Position numbers and translations under genes: made by a program. Under the pieces are notes generated by a model. That model searched no databases. It was not told where the DNA came from and worked only from the letters and a program-made list of their open reading frames with translations. DNA of 64,000 bases from Haliotis rufescens (taxonomy: Eukaryota). Below, piece after piece: positions 40,001 to 47,616 of this stretch; position 1 is the first letter of the stretch; every line of letters starts with the position of its first letter. Location: NCBI RefSeq assembly GCF_023055435.1, contig NW_025963791.1, positions 37,386,001 through 37,450,000 on the forward strand, read 5' to 3'.

Positions 40001-43000
40001 TATTTATCAGATATTTCTGATTTGATAAGAAATTTGTCTTTACTCCATCACTAAGTTTTAATTCAGCAGATGTCCATTCAGGAGTTATGCCGCCTGCCGA
40101 GAATTATGGGATGTGAGGGTCGAGCACATGTGCATGACCTGAAAACGCATGAACCACTGTGTAGTTCTTTCAAGAATACAGTTTGTTGAATGGAGACAAC
40201 AGCTTTGTTTATATGGCATGATGTCAGAAGCGGACTGTCAACGGTAAGTATTGCAAAATTTCTCCCACAACTTTAATTTCACGAAGCCCGGTAGAATGGC
40301 CTCGCTGGCAACAGTGGTTTTCTCGATTTCGTATCGCCACGAAACTGAACAAGGTGTCTGAGGATCTCCAAACCCTGTCATTTGTGTATGCCATGGGTGA
40401 GGAACCAGACACAATTCTGACCTCTTCTACATGGCGAGATGATGAGGACAAGAATTACGAAAATCTTGTCCTAAAGTTTGATGCAATATCATTCACGAGC
40501 GTGCCAAATTCTATCAATGCTTCCAGAAACAGGAGGAATCTGCGGAGTATTTTAGGAACCAGCTGGAACCAGCTGAACAGTGATTTCGGAGACAACAAAG
40601 AAGAGGCAGTCAGAGACAGAATAAGGAAGTGTCAGAGAAAATGCAGCTGAAACCTAAACTAACACTTGAAGATGCAAAACAAATGGATAGACAGCTTGAA
40701 TTGATCGAATCACAGTTTGAGGACCAGGACACCAGAGGGAAAGACTTGGAGGAGCTAAGAAGTCGCTCTAAGCCAACAAATCACACACAATAAGCATGGT
40801 TACAGCTGGCAGCTTGTTTCACTGAGGAGGCCAAACTAATGTAACTATATATACTCTTATTAAAGTACATACCGTGGCTTCTCCCAAGTCTTGGACTTGA
40901 CACTTCAGAATGGCAGTCCCTCCGACAGTTCCTGTCACGGTCCCTGGTGGAGTCAGCATGGTTGGAACCCCGGATACTGGGAACAGATGGTATCACATCA
41001 AAACATCATTTCCCTTCTCAGACTGCTTTCTACATTTCACCAATCAATACGCTGACTTTGTCATAATTCATTTAGATAAAACATTTCATATGTGAGTAAG
41101 TGAATGAGTGAGTGAGTGAGTGAGTGAGTGAGTGAGTGAGTGAGTGAGTGAGTGAGTGAGTGAGTGAGAGTGAGTGAGTGAGTGAGTATGGTTTTTACGC
41201 TGCTTTTCGCAATATTCCAGCAATATCACAGCGGGGGCTGCCTGAAAACTGCTTCACACATTGTACCCATGTGGGGAATCGAACCCGGGTCTTCAGCGTG
41301 ACGTGTGAACTCTTTAACTACTAGGCTTCATCGATAAATAAGGTGTAAAGCCACACACAATCACTCACTCACTCATTCACTCACTCTAAGCCCCATTTTC
41401 TGTTACATAAGCAAGAAACTGCATCTGTCCTGTCCTTTTCTGCCTAAGTATGGGTCACTTGGAAGGACAACAGATTGGTGAAGGAGTTGGTCAGGTAATG
41501 GTTATTGGAGCCAGGGGCTCAATATGGGGACACGTGATGATTAAGTTAGACAATAAGCCTGACAACTGGGCTACCTGTCATCGGTGTCATTACCATAAGA
41601 TGAAATATCCTGTCAGCTACATAGATGTGGAAATTATCAAAATACAAATATACTTTATAGTATTAACTGCAAGAAGGGTTGTGACAATATCAGTCTGTTA
41701 TATGTGTTTGTTTGTTTGTTTATTGTTTAATGCCGCACTCAGCAATATTACAGCTATTGACGGAGGTCTGCAAATTATCGAGTCTGGACAATCAAGTGAT
41801 TGACATCATGAGCATCAATCCAAGCAATTGGGATACGATGACATGCATTAACCAAGTCAGCGAGTCTGACCACCTGATCCCGATAGTCACCTCTTACGAC
41901 AAACATAGTCGCCTTTTACGGCAAGCATGGTTTGCTGAAGACCTATTCTACCCCGGATCTTCACGGGTATTGTTACATGTGTATCAGGTTGACACTTTTG
42001 TGGTTAAGTTGAAGGTCTCTTAATATTCTGTGACTGCATCTGTGGTCTAGTGAATAGTGTCTGCCTGGAGTCAGCAGACGGTCAGTGGTCTAGTGAATAG
42101 TGTCTGCCTGGAGTCAGCAGACGGTCAGTGGTCTAGTGAATAGTGTCTGCCTGGAGAGCAGAAGGTCAGTGGCTCGATCCCCAGTCGCACCAAACCAAAA
42201 CATGGAGAAAGATGGTGCTCGGCATTAGAGATATAAAACAAGGACAAGTAGGCTCTGAGTCAGTACACTGCATCTGAGTGGAGTCTATAAGCGAGGTGAA
42301 CTCATTTCATCTAACCTATCGTGGTAAAATCAATGTAAGAACTCAAAGGTGTTGTATTTCCCAGAATCCTAACTAAGGAGTTGTCTGTACATGAGATCTT
42401 ATGATATTCATGATCTAACCTTGAATGCTTTGTTAGGTATCACAATAACTGAACAGTACATGGCTTGGCTTATCAGTGATCTGTAACAAGCAGTTGCTGT
42501 GACACACAACATGCACAAGGGTCAACGTGGTAAACATGAGTGTTTTTGGAATAACAAAGCGAAGCACTATCCTATTTCAACCTTGGAAGTCACACAGTGC
42601 CAAGCACAGAAGAAAAAAAATGACTTGAAAAGAGTTGGCATACAGCCAAATATTTTGGTCCCATTTCTGTATTGGAAAACGAATGCATTCTGCAGTAGAC
42701 ATTCAACTATTTCAACAAGAACTTCCTGTGTCTCTTGCTTACATAATTATACAGATGTACTGGTGTTATTGTGCGTGAGTGAGTGAGTGAGTGAGTGAGT
42801 GAGTGAGTGAGTGAGTGAGGCAACTCTTCAAAGCTATTTGTGGCAACTTAGACGACATTTTGGTCCCATTTCCGCTTTGGAAAACGAATGCAGTAGACAT
42901 TCAACTATTTCAACAAGAACTTCTTGAGTCTCTTGCTTACATAATTATACAGACGTACTGGTGTTATTGTGAGTGATTGAGTGAGTGAGTGAGTGAGTGA

Positions 43001-46000
43001 GTGTGTTTTTTACACTGCTTTTCGCAATATTCCAGCAATATCACGGCGAGGAACAGCAGAAATGGGCTTAACACATTGTACCAATGTCGGGATTCGAACC
43101 CGGGTCTTCGGCATGTCACAAGCGATTGCTTTAACTACGAGGCTACCCAACCGCCCCAGTGTTATTAGGATATATCTTTATATGCCGTCTCAGGATTATC
43201 AGGATTATGAAAGTGCACTGATAATTTTCAATCAATGATACAGACACTTTTGACCTTTGACAAGACATTTGATGTATACTACTCAAAAGACGTAAAAGAA
43301 CACTCGGTTATTTCATGTTACTGTAGTTAATCTGTCATGGCATCAGGCGTTCTTTAACTTCGTATCGAGTAGTACATTTCTGGTGTCCCCCGCCTTAATA
43401 TTCAGTACTGCTAAAAGCGGAAAAAAAAACCAACTCGCTCACTCACTGCTGACATACAATGATAAGAGCTCCATATAAAATTTACAAACCAAATCACCAT
43501 AACTGAATGAATGCTGGTTGCTTGCGTACAAATATGCATAAAGAAACTTGATAACTTAATAGTGTAACAAAACTGTACACAAATACCCAATGCAGCTTGT
43601 TCTTGTTCAGCCTGCATGCACAACAGATTTTTTCTCACTGACTGAATGCAGACATAACCTATGTACATGAACCCTATGCAGTGAATAATGCATTGATGTG
43701 CAACATCACACAACCTGGGACTGAGTCTTACAAAACCCCACTAGACTGGACCCAAGACACAAATAATATATCGAACACCAAAGAAAACAATCAATCCCAT
43801 ATGTAAATAGTGACATTTAAGTACACAATGGCTCAAAAATATAATCTGGAGCCCTGAATGATCATAATGATATAACCATGATAACCATTTCAGAACAGCG
43901 ACCTTGACCGGAAGCTAGAGCTGTCACACAAATGTTTGGTGATGAAAATATTGACAGAAAGTCTAACCACAAACCATTAAATATGTTCTACCTATGCATG
44001 ACCTTCGTATTTGCCCCCCGCGTTGAGTCATAAGAGTTCCCTATGCCCTGTAGAAGAAGCTGTGAGAGGGTATTTTCTTTAACGTCAGTCAAAGAAAATT
44101 TTCAAACTCTTCAGGCCATGGTCAACATGGAGAAATCAAAGTCAATAATCAAAACTTGGCAAAAACATAACTCCACAACAGCCATTCAAACAAGTTTATT
44201 TTATTTTTTAAATAAAGACCAAGGTCACAGGTAGATATTGTAAAGACTGTCTCCAGTGGCAGTCGTATTGAAATGAACTGAGGTCTCACAGTAGGTGGGG
44301 ACAAGAATTTCACCTTTCAGCTCCACTGGCTTCAGATAATTACAGACAACTATGCTGATCATCGATGATATAAATGCTGATCATCGCAGATATAAATGCT
44401 GATCATTGATGATAGTAATGACAGAAGATGGACAACCAGGTCATGACCAAACCACACATGGGCTAGCTTGGTCCTTGTAAGCTAACCTCATAAACCACCT
44501 CAACCATCTGATCTACAACTGCCATTTGTAGAAAACAACAGAAGCTATAAACAATGATGGCAGCTTTATGTTTCCTGAACAACAAACATTACGCTGAGAA
44601 GATCCGCCTCAGATGTCCATCATTTATCATTCTAAGACCATCCCAGACACGAGTCATGGCACAGCGTCACCATACACACGACATTCGGGGTCAACTCCGG
44701 GTCATGCGACCTGTACCGGGAGTTAGCTATGTTAAGATTCTATCATACTGAAACATTCCGTACAGGTAGTTATCATGATAATTCCCTTTATACAATATGT
44801 AAATGCTCTTGACAATTAACCCTGGCATGATATTGGAACAATACTACAAGCAGTGGCATTAATCTCCACACATTCAACTGCACATGAATAAAATAGCCCA
44901 AGGCACTGTTCTCACCAGGTAGTGAGTGGAATTTTATATACCGGTATACCGTATTCGACGTAATAAGCGCCCCGCTCTAATAAGCACCCACGGCGATATT
45001 TGCTAATATATTGGCTATTGAACAATCCCAACTGGCACCCCTTCTGATTGATCAATGTGCACAAGACTTATTTTTTCGCGTATAATACGCACTCGTGTGT
45101 TATATGCACCCTTAATTATGGGCAATTAAATTCTGGAAAAATATATCTGTCGTACATAAACATTTCAGGCCGTCAGCATAAACCACGATATTTATCTTTC
45201 AACTCTGTTTTTTTCACCAAAATAACATTCTTATAAGGGCCCCCTATTTCTAATTTTGAGAGCGCCCTGGGCGCTTATTACGTCGAATATGGTATAGTAA
45301 AATCTTTAGTCACTAAGTATGGGAACGTGGTTGTTAATTGGCTGTAGGATGAGGTCTGGTTTATGAGCCGATAGTAACAACTGTTCTGTGAAGTATCACT
45401 ACATTTGGTAGATCACTTTATAAGATTATTGCAGTATCATCCACAATGGCCAAAGTTGACGACAGATGTGTCTAAAACACATAATCATGATAATAGAAAC
45501 TTATTAATATTATCACAAAGTCCCACCTCGATCCCTCGGTATTCTTAGAAATGTTCTGTTCTTTTTACTATTAACAAAAAAAGATGAATTTTTAATCTAA
45601 ATCATGTATCCGTGGTAAATGCAAAGATTAAATCGGAATACAATTGTACATCCTGGAATGACACGTATCCCACCAAAATAGCTTTTTTAGCCTTAGGGTA
45701 TCTGAGAAGAAGGTGCACACAGACACACAGATGAAAGGTAGGGTAGGTAGGTAGGTGAATGGGTGGATGGGTGGGTGGGTGGGTGGGTGGGTGGGTGCAT
45801 TTTAGGTAGTTAGTTTCAAGGGCGGCTCCAGCATTTTTTAAAGGGAGGGGTCCAAAATATCAAAATCCTCTCTCAGTCAATTTTACTGCCTACACCATAC
45901 TACATTTGGTTTTCAAAAGGGTGTGTATGTGGTGGTGGTTGTGGTGGGAGGGGGGGGGGGGGGGGGGGGGCCTTAACCCCTGCCTTTTGATCCCCCTCCA

Positions 46001-46432
46001 GTATATGCAGGGCATACATGTATATGAAAGAAAGAAATTGCAGCTGTCAAACCCCAACTTTTTGCCAGGTTGAGGAGTACTGCCTGAAACAAAGGCATGT
46101 TATATTTTGGCCTAGTGTCCACCAAGGATATTGATTGTGTCACAGCAAAATGACCCAAATGTGTTCCTAGTGACCCCTGTATGCAGGCAGACTGGTAACA
46201 ACAGTCCAGCCATAGCAGTGTCTTGTTGAGTGATTTATATGGGTCGAAAATCACCTGACAAGACCTACTGTACATGTTCAGAGAGAAAGGAATTCTATGT
46301 GTGCATGACAGTAATTGGCTTGTGGAATGTAGCTGTATACTCTCACTAAAACTGACCTGAGGTAAGAACAGCTGCAATAATGCACGTCAATAAAGGAATT
46401 TCAACCATCCTGAGGGTTGCACTTATCATCAT
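871..46432 (-). CDS. Multi-exon gene (32 coding exons in window, 3'-truncated by window edge): Ig-like, fibronectin type-III and DB-module cell-surface/secreted protein (IGDB-family-like)
   Basis: Manual exon chaining gives 4251 coding nt with canonical GT-AG sites and compatible phases. Product has a signal peptide, Ig motifs (C..W..DxGxYxC), Cys-rich DB modules (CC..C..C / DGRDHxxCC) and FN3 motifs (P..P..W..Y / L.P.T.Y...V.A). Confidence 0.9.
1488..1614 (-). CDS. Exon 31: FN3-5, second half (SKNFYTYTVTNIKAYVNYTVWVVASNDFGTS..); alternative in-frame acceptor at 1644
   Basis: FN3 motif; ttccag/gtatgt; phase 0-1. Confidence 0.88.
2040..2455. repeat. Minisatellite, 64-bp unit, about 6 copies
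   Basis: ctggaccctgtatgtg recurs at 2101, 2165, 2229... Confidence 0.93.
2541..2692 (-). CDS. Exon 30: FN3-5, first half (NLPDAPVM..VSWDRP..QYLVHV)
   Basis: FN3 motif; ccccag/gtcagt; phase 1-0. Confidence 0.9.
2841..5637. repeat. Minisatellite, 33-bp unit (gtctaaacattgtcccagtcactgcttagagtt), about 85 copies
   Basis: Highly homogeneous tandem array; source of SKHCPSHCLEL pseudo-ORFs. Confidence 0.97.
5761..6088. repeat. Minisatellite, 87-bp unit, about 3.8 copies, starting about 12 nt inside the intron after the exon 29 donor
   Basis: gagaagtgcagaatg at 5761, 5848, 5935, 6022. Confidence 0.93.
6101..6268 (-). CDS. Exon 29: DB module 5, second half (DGSDHSQCCENEGVAPYCLPFC..IIGCMEENK)
   Basis: DGSDHxxCC motif; tttcag/gtgagt. 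Confidence 0.92.
6274..6652. repeat. Minisatellite, 29-bp unit, about 13 copies, abutting the exon 29 acceptor
   Basis: acacaacacaggagataggaattgtctag tandem. Confidence 0.95.
7270..7781. repeat. Minisatellite, 57-bp unit, about 9 copies
   Basis: Tandem ttgactttcactttgtgtgagttcataagagcatgatggttcatagaaggttcataa. Confidence 0.93.
9869..10006 (-). CDS. Exon 28: DB module 5, first half (ACCIQKKIDPDCMVACSF..FVQCAA)
   Basis: CC..C..C pattern; gtcag/gtacgt. Confidence 0.92.
10197..10307. mobile_element. Small palindromic MITE (about 110 bp)
   Basis: ggccccgttcctcaaagcgatcttagc / gctaagattgctttgaggaacgaggcc; related fragment at about 37232-37300. Confidence 0.7.
10900..10953 (-). CDS. Exon 27: 54-nt linker microexon (DPFAPTRLQPANRVTNVT)
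   Basis: ttttcag|...ACA G|gtcagt; phase 1-1. Confidence 0.78.
11410..11709 (-). CDS. Exon 26: Ig domain 3 (..ISCWFSGFP..KWKK..DYGDYICSASNKYG..)
   Basis: Complete I-set Ig motif; ttttcag/gtaagc; phase 1-1. Confidence 0.93.
11804..12200. repeat. Minisatellite, 52-bp unit containing exon 25 3' end plus splice donor (8 donor copies)
   Basis: acttac (rc gtaagt) every 52 bp from 11813 to 12177. Confidence 0.95.
12183..12431 (-). CDS. Exon 25: Ig domain 2 (..KMFCDV..ITWTK..DSGSYTC..)
   Basis: Complete I-set Ig motif; tttcag/gtaagt; phase 1-1. Confidence 0.93.
12834..12912. repeat. 10-bp tandem repeat (ctgaccaagt/c)
   Basis: Direct inspection. Confidence 0.9.
12938..13297. mobile_element. Degenerate MITE
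   Basis: Imperfect TIR taggctaaaaaaaataa..ggttcttaggca / tgcctgagaacc..ttattttattaagcatta; internal ccgccc repeats. Confidence 0.55.
14134..14263 (-). CDS. Exon 24: FN3-4, second half (NVQSPYNLRGLETNKFYRVSVSAQNQYGAS..)
   Basis: FN3 motif; ccccag/gtaat; phase 0-1. Confidence 0.9.
14556..14747. other. Assembly gap (192 N)
   Basis: Run of N. Confidence 1.
14912..15317. repeat. Minisatellite, 24-bp unit (gggcagaagcactatccacttgcc)
   Basis: About 17 tandem copies. Confidence 0.95.
15340..16090. repeat. GT/G-rich compound tandem repeat
   Basis: Recurrent gggtttgcaggtggatg and gggtg motifs. Confidence 0.85.
16158..16333 (-). CDS. Exon 23: FN3-4, first half (VVPSEPQNM..ITWKP..YSVHYW)
   Basis: FN3 motif; tttgcag acceptor; donor GAG|gttggt chosen to keep phase 0 (weaker site). 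Confidence 0.82.
16540..16878 (-). mobile_element. tRNA-derived SINE family 2 (about 340 bp, Meta/MESC-like central domain); other copies at about 22262-22556, 23695-23975, 25390-25716, 33690-34043, 42030-42285
   Basis: A box tggtctagtgg, B box ggttcaatccc, body cataccaaaagacgttaaaagatggtac..ggcattaagg; domain assignment from recalled similarity only. Confidence 0.82.
17017..17169 (-). CDS. Exon 22: DB module 4, second half (DGRDHRPCCQQIGVPSSCLSFC..)
   Basis: DGRDHxxCC motif; ttccag/gtaag. Confidence 0.92.
17478..17594 (-). CDS. Exon 21: DB module 4, first half (ECCFRNNISSSCTALC..ILACAS)
   Basis: CC..C..C pattern; tttcag/gtatgt. Confidence 0.9.
17637..18638. repeat. Minisatellite, about 36-bp unit (acacacacatgcctcaagattattgcttgatggta)
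   Basis: About 28 tandem copies, about 45 nt from exon 21 acceptor. Confidence 0.95.
18762..19484. repeat. Minisatellite, 60-bp unit, 12 near-identical copies
   Basis: Lines repeat with 60-nt period; essentially one A/G variable site. Confidence 0.97.
19555..19623 (-). CDS. Exon 20: linker exon (AVLPPLVINGTVVDGRVIWADKS); alternative in-frame donor would extend it to 19492
   Basis: ttttgcag|...TCA G|gtaaca or ...ACA A|gtgagc; both phase 1. Confidence 0.65.
20575..20710 (-). CDS. Exon 19: FN3-3, second half (..LQNLDPGTMYTIEIISVNDNGTSPPS..)
   Basis: FN3 motif; tttcag/gtaag; phase 0-1. Confidence 0.92.
20795..21731. repeat. Minisatellite, 42-bp unit, about 22 copies, starting at the exon 18 donor
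   Basis: aacactaactcggagacacttccatgagctgagttaaccttg tandem. Confidence 0.95.
21736..21881 (-). CDS. Exon 18: FN3-3, first half (YLPKHPVKV..VAWERA..YYTVAY)
   Basis: FN3 motif; ttgcag/gtaagt; phase 1-0. Confidence 0.92.
22804..22962 (-). CDS. Exon 17: DB module 3, second half (DGRDHVNCCKQRYVSDVCHMFC..IIQCYTEGV)
   Basis: DGRDHxxCC motif; ctccag/gtgagt. Confidence 0.92.
23079..23243 (-). mobile_element. tRNA-derived SINE family 1 (165 bp, (CACT)n tail); other copies at about 1290-1436, 27547-27860, 36075-36230, 36605-36772, 41165-41327, 42970-43158, 62270-62405
   Basis: A box tagcctagtgg, B box ggttcggatcc, 13-bp TSD ttggcatcagtaa. Confidence 0.9.
24185..25198. repeat. Minisatellite, 31-bp unit (gtctctctgtcctggggatgttctatagtaa)
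   Basis: About 32 tandem copies. Confidence 0.95.
26222..26524. repeat. Minisatellite, 74-bp unit containing exon 16 3' end plus donor (4 copies)
   Basis: cttcag at 26222, 26296, 26370, 26444, 26518; each unit has cctacctgaggcacagg. Confidence 0.95.
26496..26639 (-). CDS. Exon 16: DB module 3, first half (ACCIDNNVQSSCQPACTY..ILTCAS)
   Basis: CC..C..C pattern; gtcag/gtaggt. Confidence 0.92.
27088..27135 (-). CDS. Exon 15: 48-nt linker microexon (VIPPPDTSVATIHNFS)
   Basis: ttctttcag|...TCT G|gtaac; phase 1-1. Confidence 0.78.
27406..27538 (-). CDS. Exon 14: FN3-2, second half (..LTNLKANTEYAARVIAVGETDSSLPSE..)
   Basis: FN3 motif; ttccag/gtaag; phase 0-1. Confidence 0.92.
28190..28345 (-). 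mobile_element. Old SINE fragment with conserved core (ccacccagcagtgagtgggt..ctccccagggagctgag)
   Basis: Resembles Deu/Nin-type SINE central domain (recalled similarity). Confidence 0.5.
28371..28515. repeat. Degenerate 19-20-bp tandem repeat containing exon 13 3' end plus donor
   Basis: tgaccaaagtctcac recurs about 7 times. Confidence 0.85.
28501..28655 (-). CDS. Exon 13: FN3-2, first half (NLPSAPRFV..IEWSAP..NYLVQ)
   Basis: FN3 motif; tgtag/gtgag; phase 1-0. Confidence 0.92.
28845..29095. repeat. 137-bp tandem duplication of exon 12 3' portion plus donor
   Basis: acttactgtatccctgctgt...ccaggagaggggtgggg at 28874 and 29011. Confidence 0.92.
29017..29169 (-). CDS. Exon 12: DB module 2, second half (GGRNHTPCCMSNKVPDVCLGLC..ACVQQGY)
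   Basis: GRNHTPCC motif; tttcag/gtaagt. Confidence 0.92.
29347..30276. repeat. Minisatellite, 33-bp unit containing exon 11 3' end plus donor, about 28 copies
   Basis: rc unit ATCTTCCATTGTCTGGCAG|gtaggtctgatgtc. Confidence 0.97.
30257..30391 (-). CDS. Exon 11: DB module 2, first half (ACCQNRGVSTYCQVKLC..NIFHCLA)
   Basis: ttccag|...GCA G|gtaggt; its 3' end is the first unit of a 33-bp array. Confidence 0.9.
30893..30928 (-). CDS. Exon 10: 36-nt linker microexon (GTPTTNQSADIN)
   Basis: ttgacag|...AAT G|gtaagc; phase 1-1. Confidence 0.72.
31242..31668 (+). mobile_element. hAT-like MITE; related partial copies at about 17266-17400 and 57812-58537
   Basis: TIR tagggctgggacg / cgtcccagcccaa; exact 8-bp TSD caacaatc; subterminal cgggta repeats. 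Confidence 0.88.
31982..32123 (-). CDS. Exon 9: FN3-1, second half (..YTLMGLEGDKEYVIYVTAIGQYGSSQPS..)
   Basis: FN3 motif; tttcag/gtgag; phase 0-1. Confidence 0.92.
32147..32421 (-). mobile_element. tRNA-derived SINE family 4 with long A-B box spacer; partial copies at about 6670-6810, 8760-8950, 38178-38347
   Basis: A box tggcccagtcgtctaagg, B box gggttcgaatccc, tail gcggcgttaaacccaactcactca. Confidence 0.78.
34160..34311 (-). CDS. Exon 8: FN3-1, first half (LLPGPPTEV..VNWHP..YRVSY)
   Basis: FN3 motif; ttag/gtaagt; phase 1-0. Confidence 0.92.
34916..35068 (-). CDS. Exon 7: DB module 1, second half (DSRNHASCCHRRLIPDICTDFC..IISCFEEGQ)
   Basis: xRNHxxCC motif; ttcag/gtcag. Confidence 0.92.
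35836..35967 (-). CDS. Exon 6: DB module 1, first half (DCCVQQNVSASCLPAC..LLHCFS)
   Basis: CC..C..C pattern; ttacag/gtaag. Confidence 0.92.
36228..36323. repeat. (GAGT)n microsatellite; others at about 41092-41187 and 42775-42819
   Basis: Perfect tetranucleotide runs, associated with SINE tails. Confidence 0.95.
36816..36863 (-). CDS. Exon 5: 48-nt linker microexon (GAPYLPKITPEPANFT)
   Basis: tttacag|...ACA G|gtaac; phase 1-1; same position as other pre-DB linker exons. Confidence 0.75.
37366..37494 (-). CDS. Exon 4: Ig domain 1, part c (..LNLQITDLKITDAGQYRCYV..)
   Basis: DAGQYRC motif; ttccag/gtaag; phase 1-1. Confidence 0.92.
38028..38124 (-). CDS. Exon 3: Ig domain 1, part b (INWLFVEHNTQISQGRTVLVTMQGKYGFLSPI)
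   Basis: tttcag|ATT AAC TGG...G|gtaag; conserved Ig Trp; phase 0-1. Confidence 0.85.
38612..39931. mobile_element. Foldback-like non-autonomous element with about 390-425-bp terminal inverted repeats
   Basis: 38612-39000 is the reverse complement of about 39506-39931; flanking direct repeat cttgga; 36-bp subrepeats in arms. Confidence 0.88.
40219..40790 (+). pseudogene. Decayed Ty3/Gypsy LTR-retrotransposon gag fragment with PBS-like sequence
   Basis: Frameshifted F.F.KP.EWPRW..FSRFRIA..YAMGEE..HERAKF..RDR..SEKMQL.P.LTLE motifs; tgatgtcagaagcgg resembles a tRNA-Leu PBS. Confidence 0.75.
40873..40976 (-). CDS. Exon 2: Ig domain 1, part a (SGVPTMLTPPGTVTGTVGGTAILKCQVQDLGEAT)
   Basis: ttcccag|...ACG|gtatgt; Ig A-B strand motif; phase 1-0. 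Confidence 0.88.
41705..41968 (-). mobile_element. SINE-like family 3 (about 260 bp, non-tRNA structured head, (AAAC)n tail); other copies at about 531-630, 6990-7219, 9232-9485, 9572-9766, 13658-13926, 32660-32968, 35210-35448, 51073-51200, 51845-52090
   Basis: At least 10 dispersed homologous copies; motif cttgtcgtaagaggcgacta; tail gctggaatattgctgagtgcggcgttaaac. Confidence 0.85.
44949..45292 (+). mobile_element. MITE family B (about 345 bp, TIR ccgtattcgacgtaataagcgccc, TA TSD)
   Basis: TIRs plus TA flanks; three copies in window. Confidence 0.9.
46357..46432 (-). CDS. Exon 1 (coding): signal peptide MMISATLRMVEIPLLTCIIAAVLTS(V)
   Basis: tgtttcag|G ATG...TCA G|gtcagt; hydrophobic core; phase 1 joins exon 2 to give ...LTSVSG/VPT. 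The acceptor upstream implies an unlocated 5'UTR exon. Confidence 0.75.
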
Positions 46433-46474
46433 CCTGAAACAAACGTAACAACAATATAAACATGGCAGAATAAA

Positions 46475-47025
46475 GATGTTTGATGTACAACATAAACATG
46501 AAATAGTGAACATGTTCAATATACAACATAAACATGATATAGTGAACATGTTCAATATACAACATAAACATGATATAGTAAACATGTTCAATATACAACA
46601 TAAACATGAAATAGTAAACATGTTCAATATACAACATAAACATGATATAGTGAACATGTTCAATATGCAACATAAACATGATATAGTGAACATGTTCAAT
46701 ATACAACATAAACATGATATAGTAATCATGTTCAATATACAACATAAACATGAAATAGTAAACATGTTCAATATACAACATAAACATGATATAGTGAACA
46801 TGTTCAATATACAACATTAACATGAAATAGTGAACATGTTCAATATACAACATAAACATGATATAGTAAACATGTTCAATATACATCATAAACATGATAT
46901 AGTAAATATGTTCAATATACAACATAAACATGAAATAGTGAACATGTTCAATATACAACATAAACATGAAATAGTGAACATGTTCAATATACAACATAAA
47001 CATGATATAGTAAACATGTTCAATA
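46475..47025. repeat. Minisatellite, 36-bp unit upstream of exon 1 acceptor; two further units at about 47983-48053
   Basis: caacataaacatgatatagtgaacatgttcaatata tandem, cut by a TIR element. Confidence 0.93.
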
Positions 47026-47616
47026 CCGTATTTTCTTGAGTATAGTGCACACTTTTTTTCCAAAAAACACAGCTGTGTAGAAGGGGGTGCGCATTATATA
47101 AGAATTCATGAGTTTTGATGTTTTTTCCCCCATGGAAAGACATTACTGTGAGCACGTAACACCGGAAATACCATGTCAACAAATCCATACTGAAGTTCAC
47201 AAATTATTCATGTAATTACACTGTGTGGCTATAAAAAGAGTTCTTTGTATATCTGGACTTATGTTTGTAACTTATTTCATTAATTTTATTCAAAATTCCT
47301 TTTACCCGGTAATATTGTTTTAATTCATTTCCTTGCCGATCCTTGCATTAAAATCCTGTAAAGTTATATCATTGGGTGTGTCTTGCCCGAATCACCGGTA
47401 GATTCCAAGAAAACGTGTGCACAGCTGATTGCTGTGTCTGGCTTTGTACTGACGAAGTTTCTCATCACCTGTTCGTTTGCCGGACTTCGCTGAAGGGGAA
47501 CGGTGTCACTTTTTTCTGCGCATAATATTAAAATTTCTTTTTTTTCCAAAATATTGAACCCGCTAGAGGGGGGTGCACATTATACATGGGTGCGCACTAT
47601 ACTCAAGAAAATAAGG
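47026..47616 (+). mobile_element. Internally deleted copy of family A TIR element
   Basis: Same TIRs and internal sequence as 54229-55321, flanked by TA. Confidence 0.88.

Noticed and set aside
44593-44747. Possible extra exon between exons 1 and 2
   Set aside because: Has an acceptor-like tttcag but a weak donor, wrong phase, and no fit to the protein.
46346-47063. Hydrophobic repeat ORFs (membrane protein-like)
   Set aside because: 36-bp minisatellite; only the terminal 76 nt (signal-peptide exon) are credible coding sequence.
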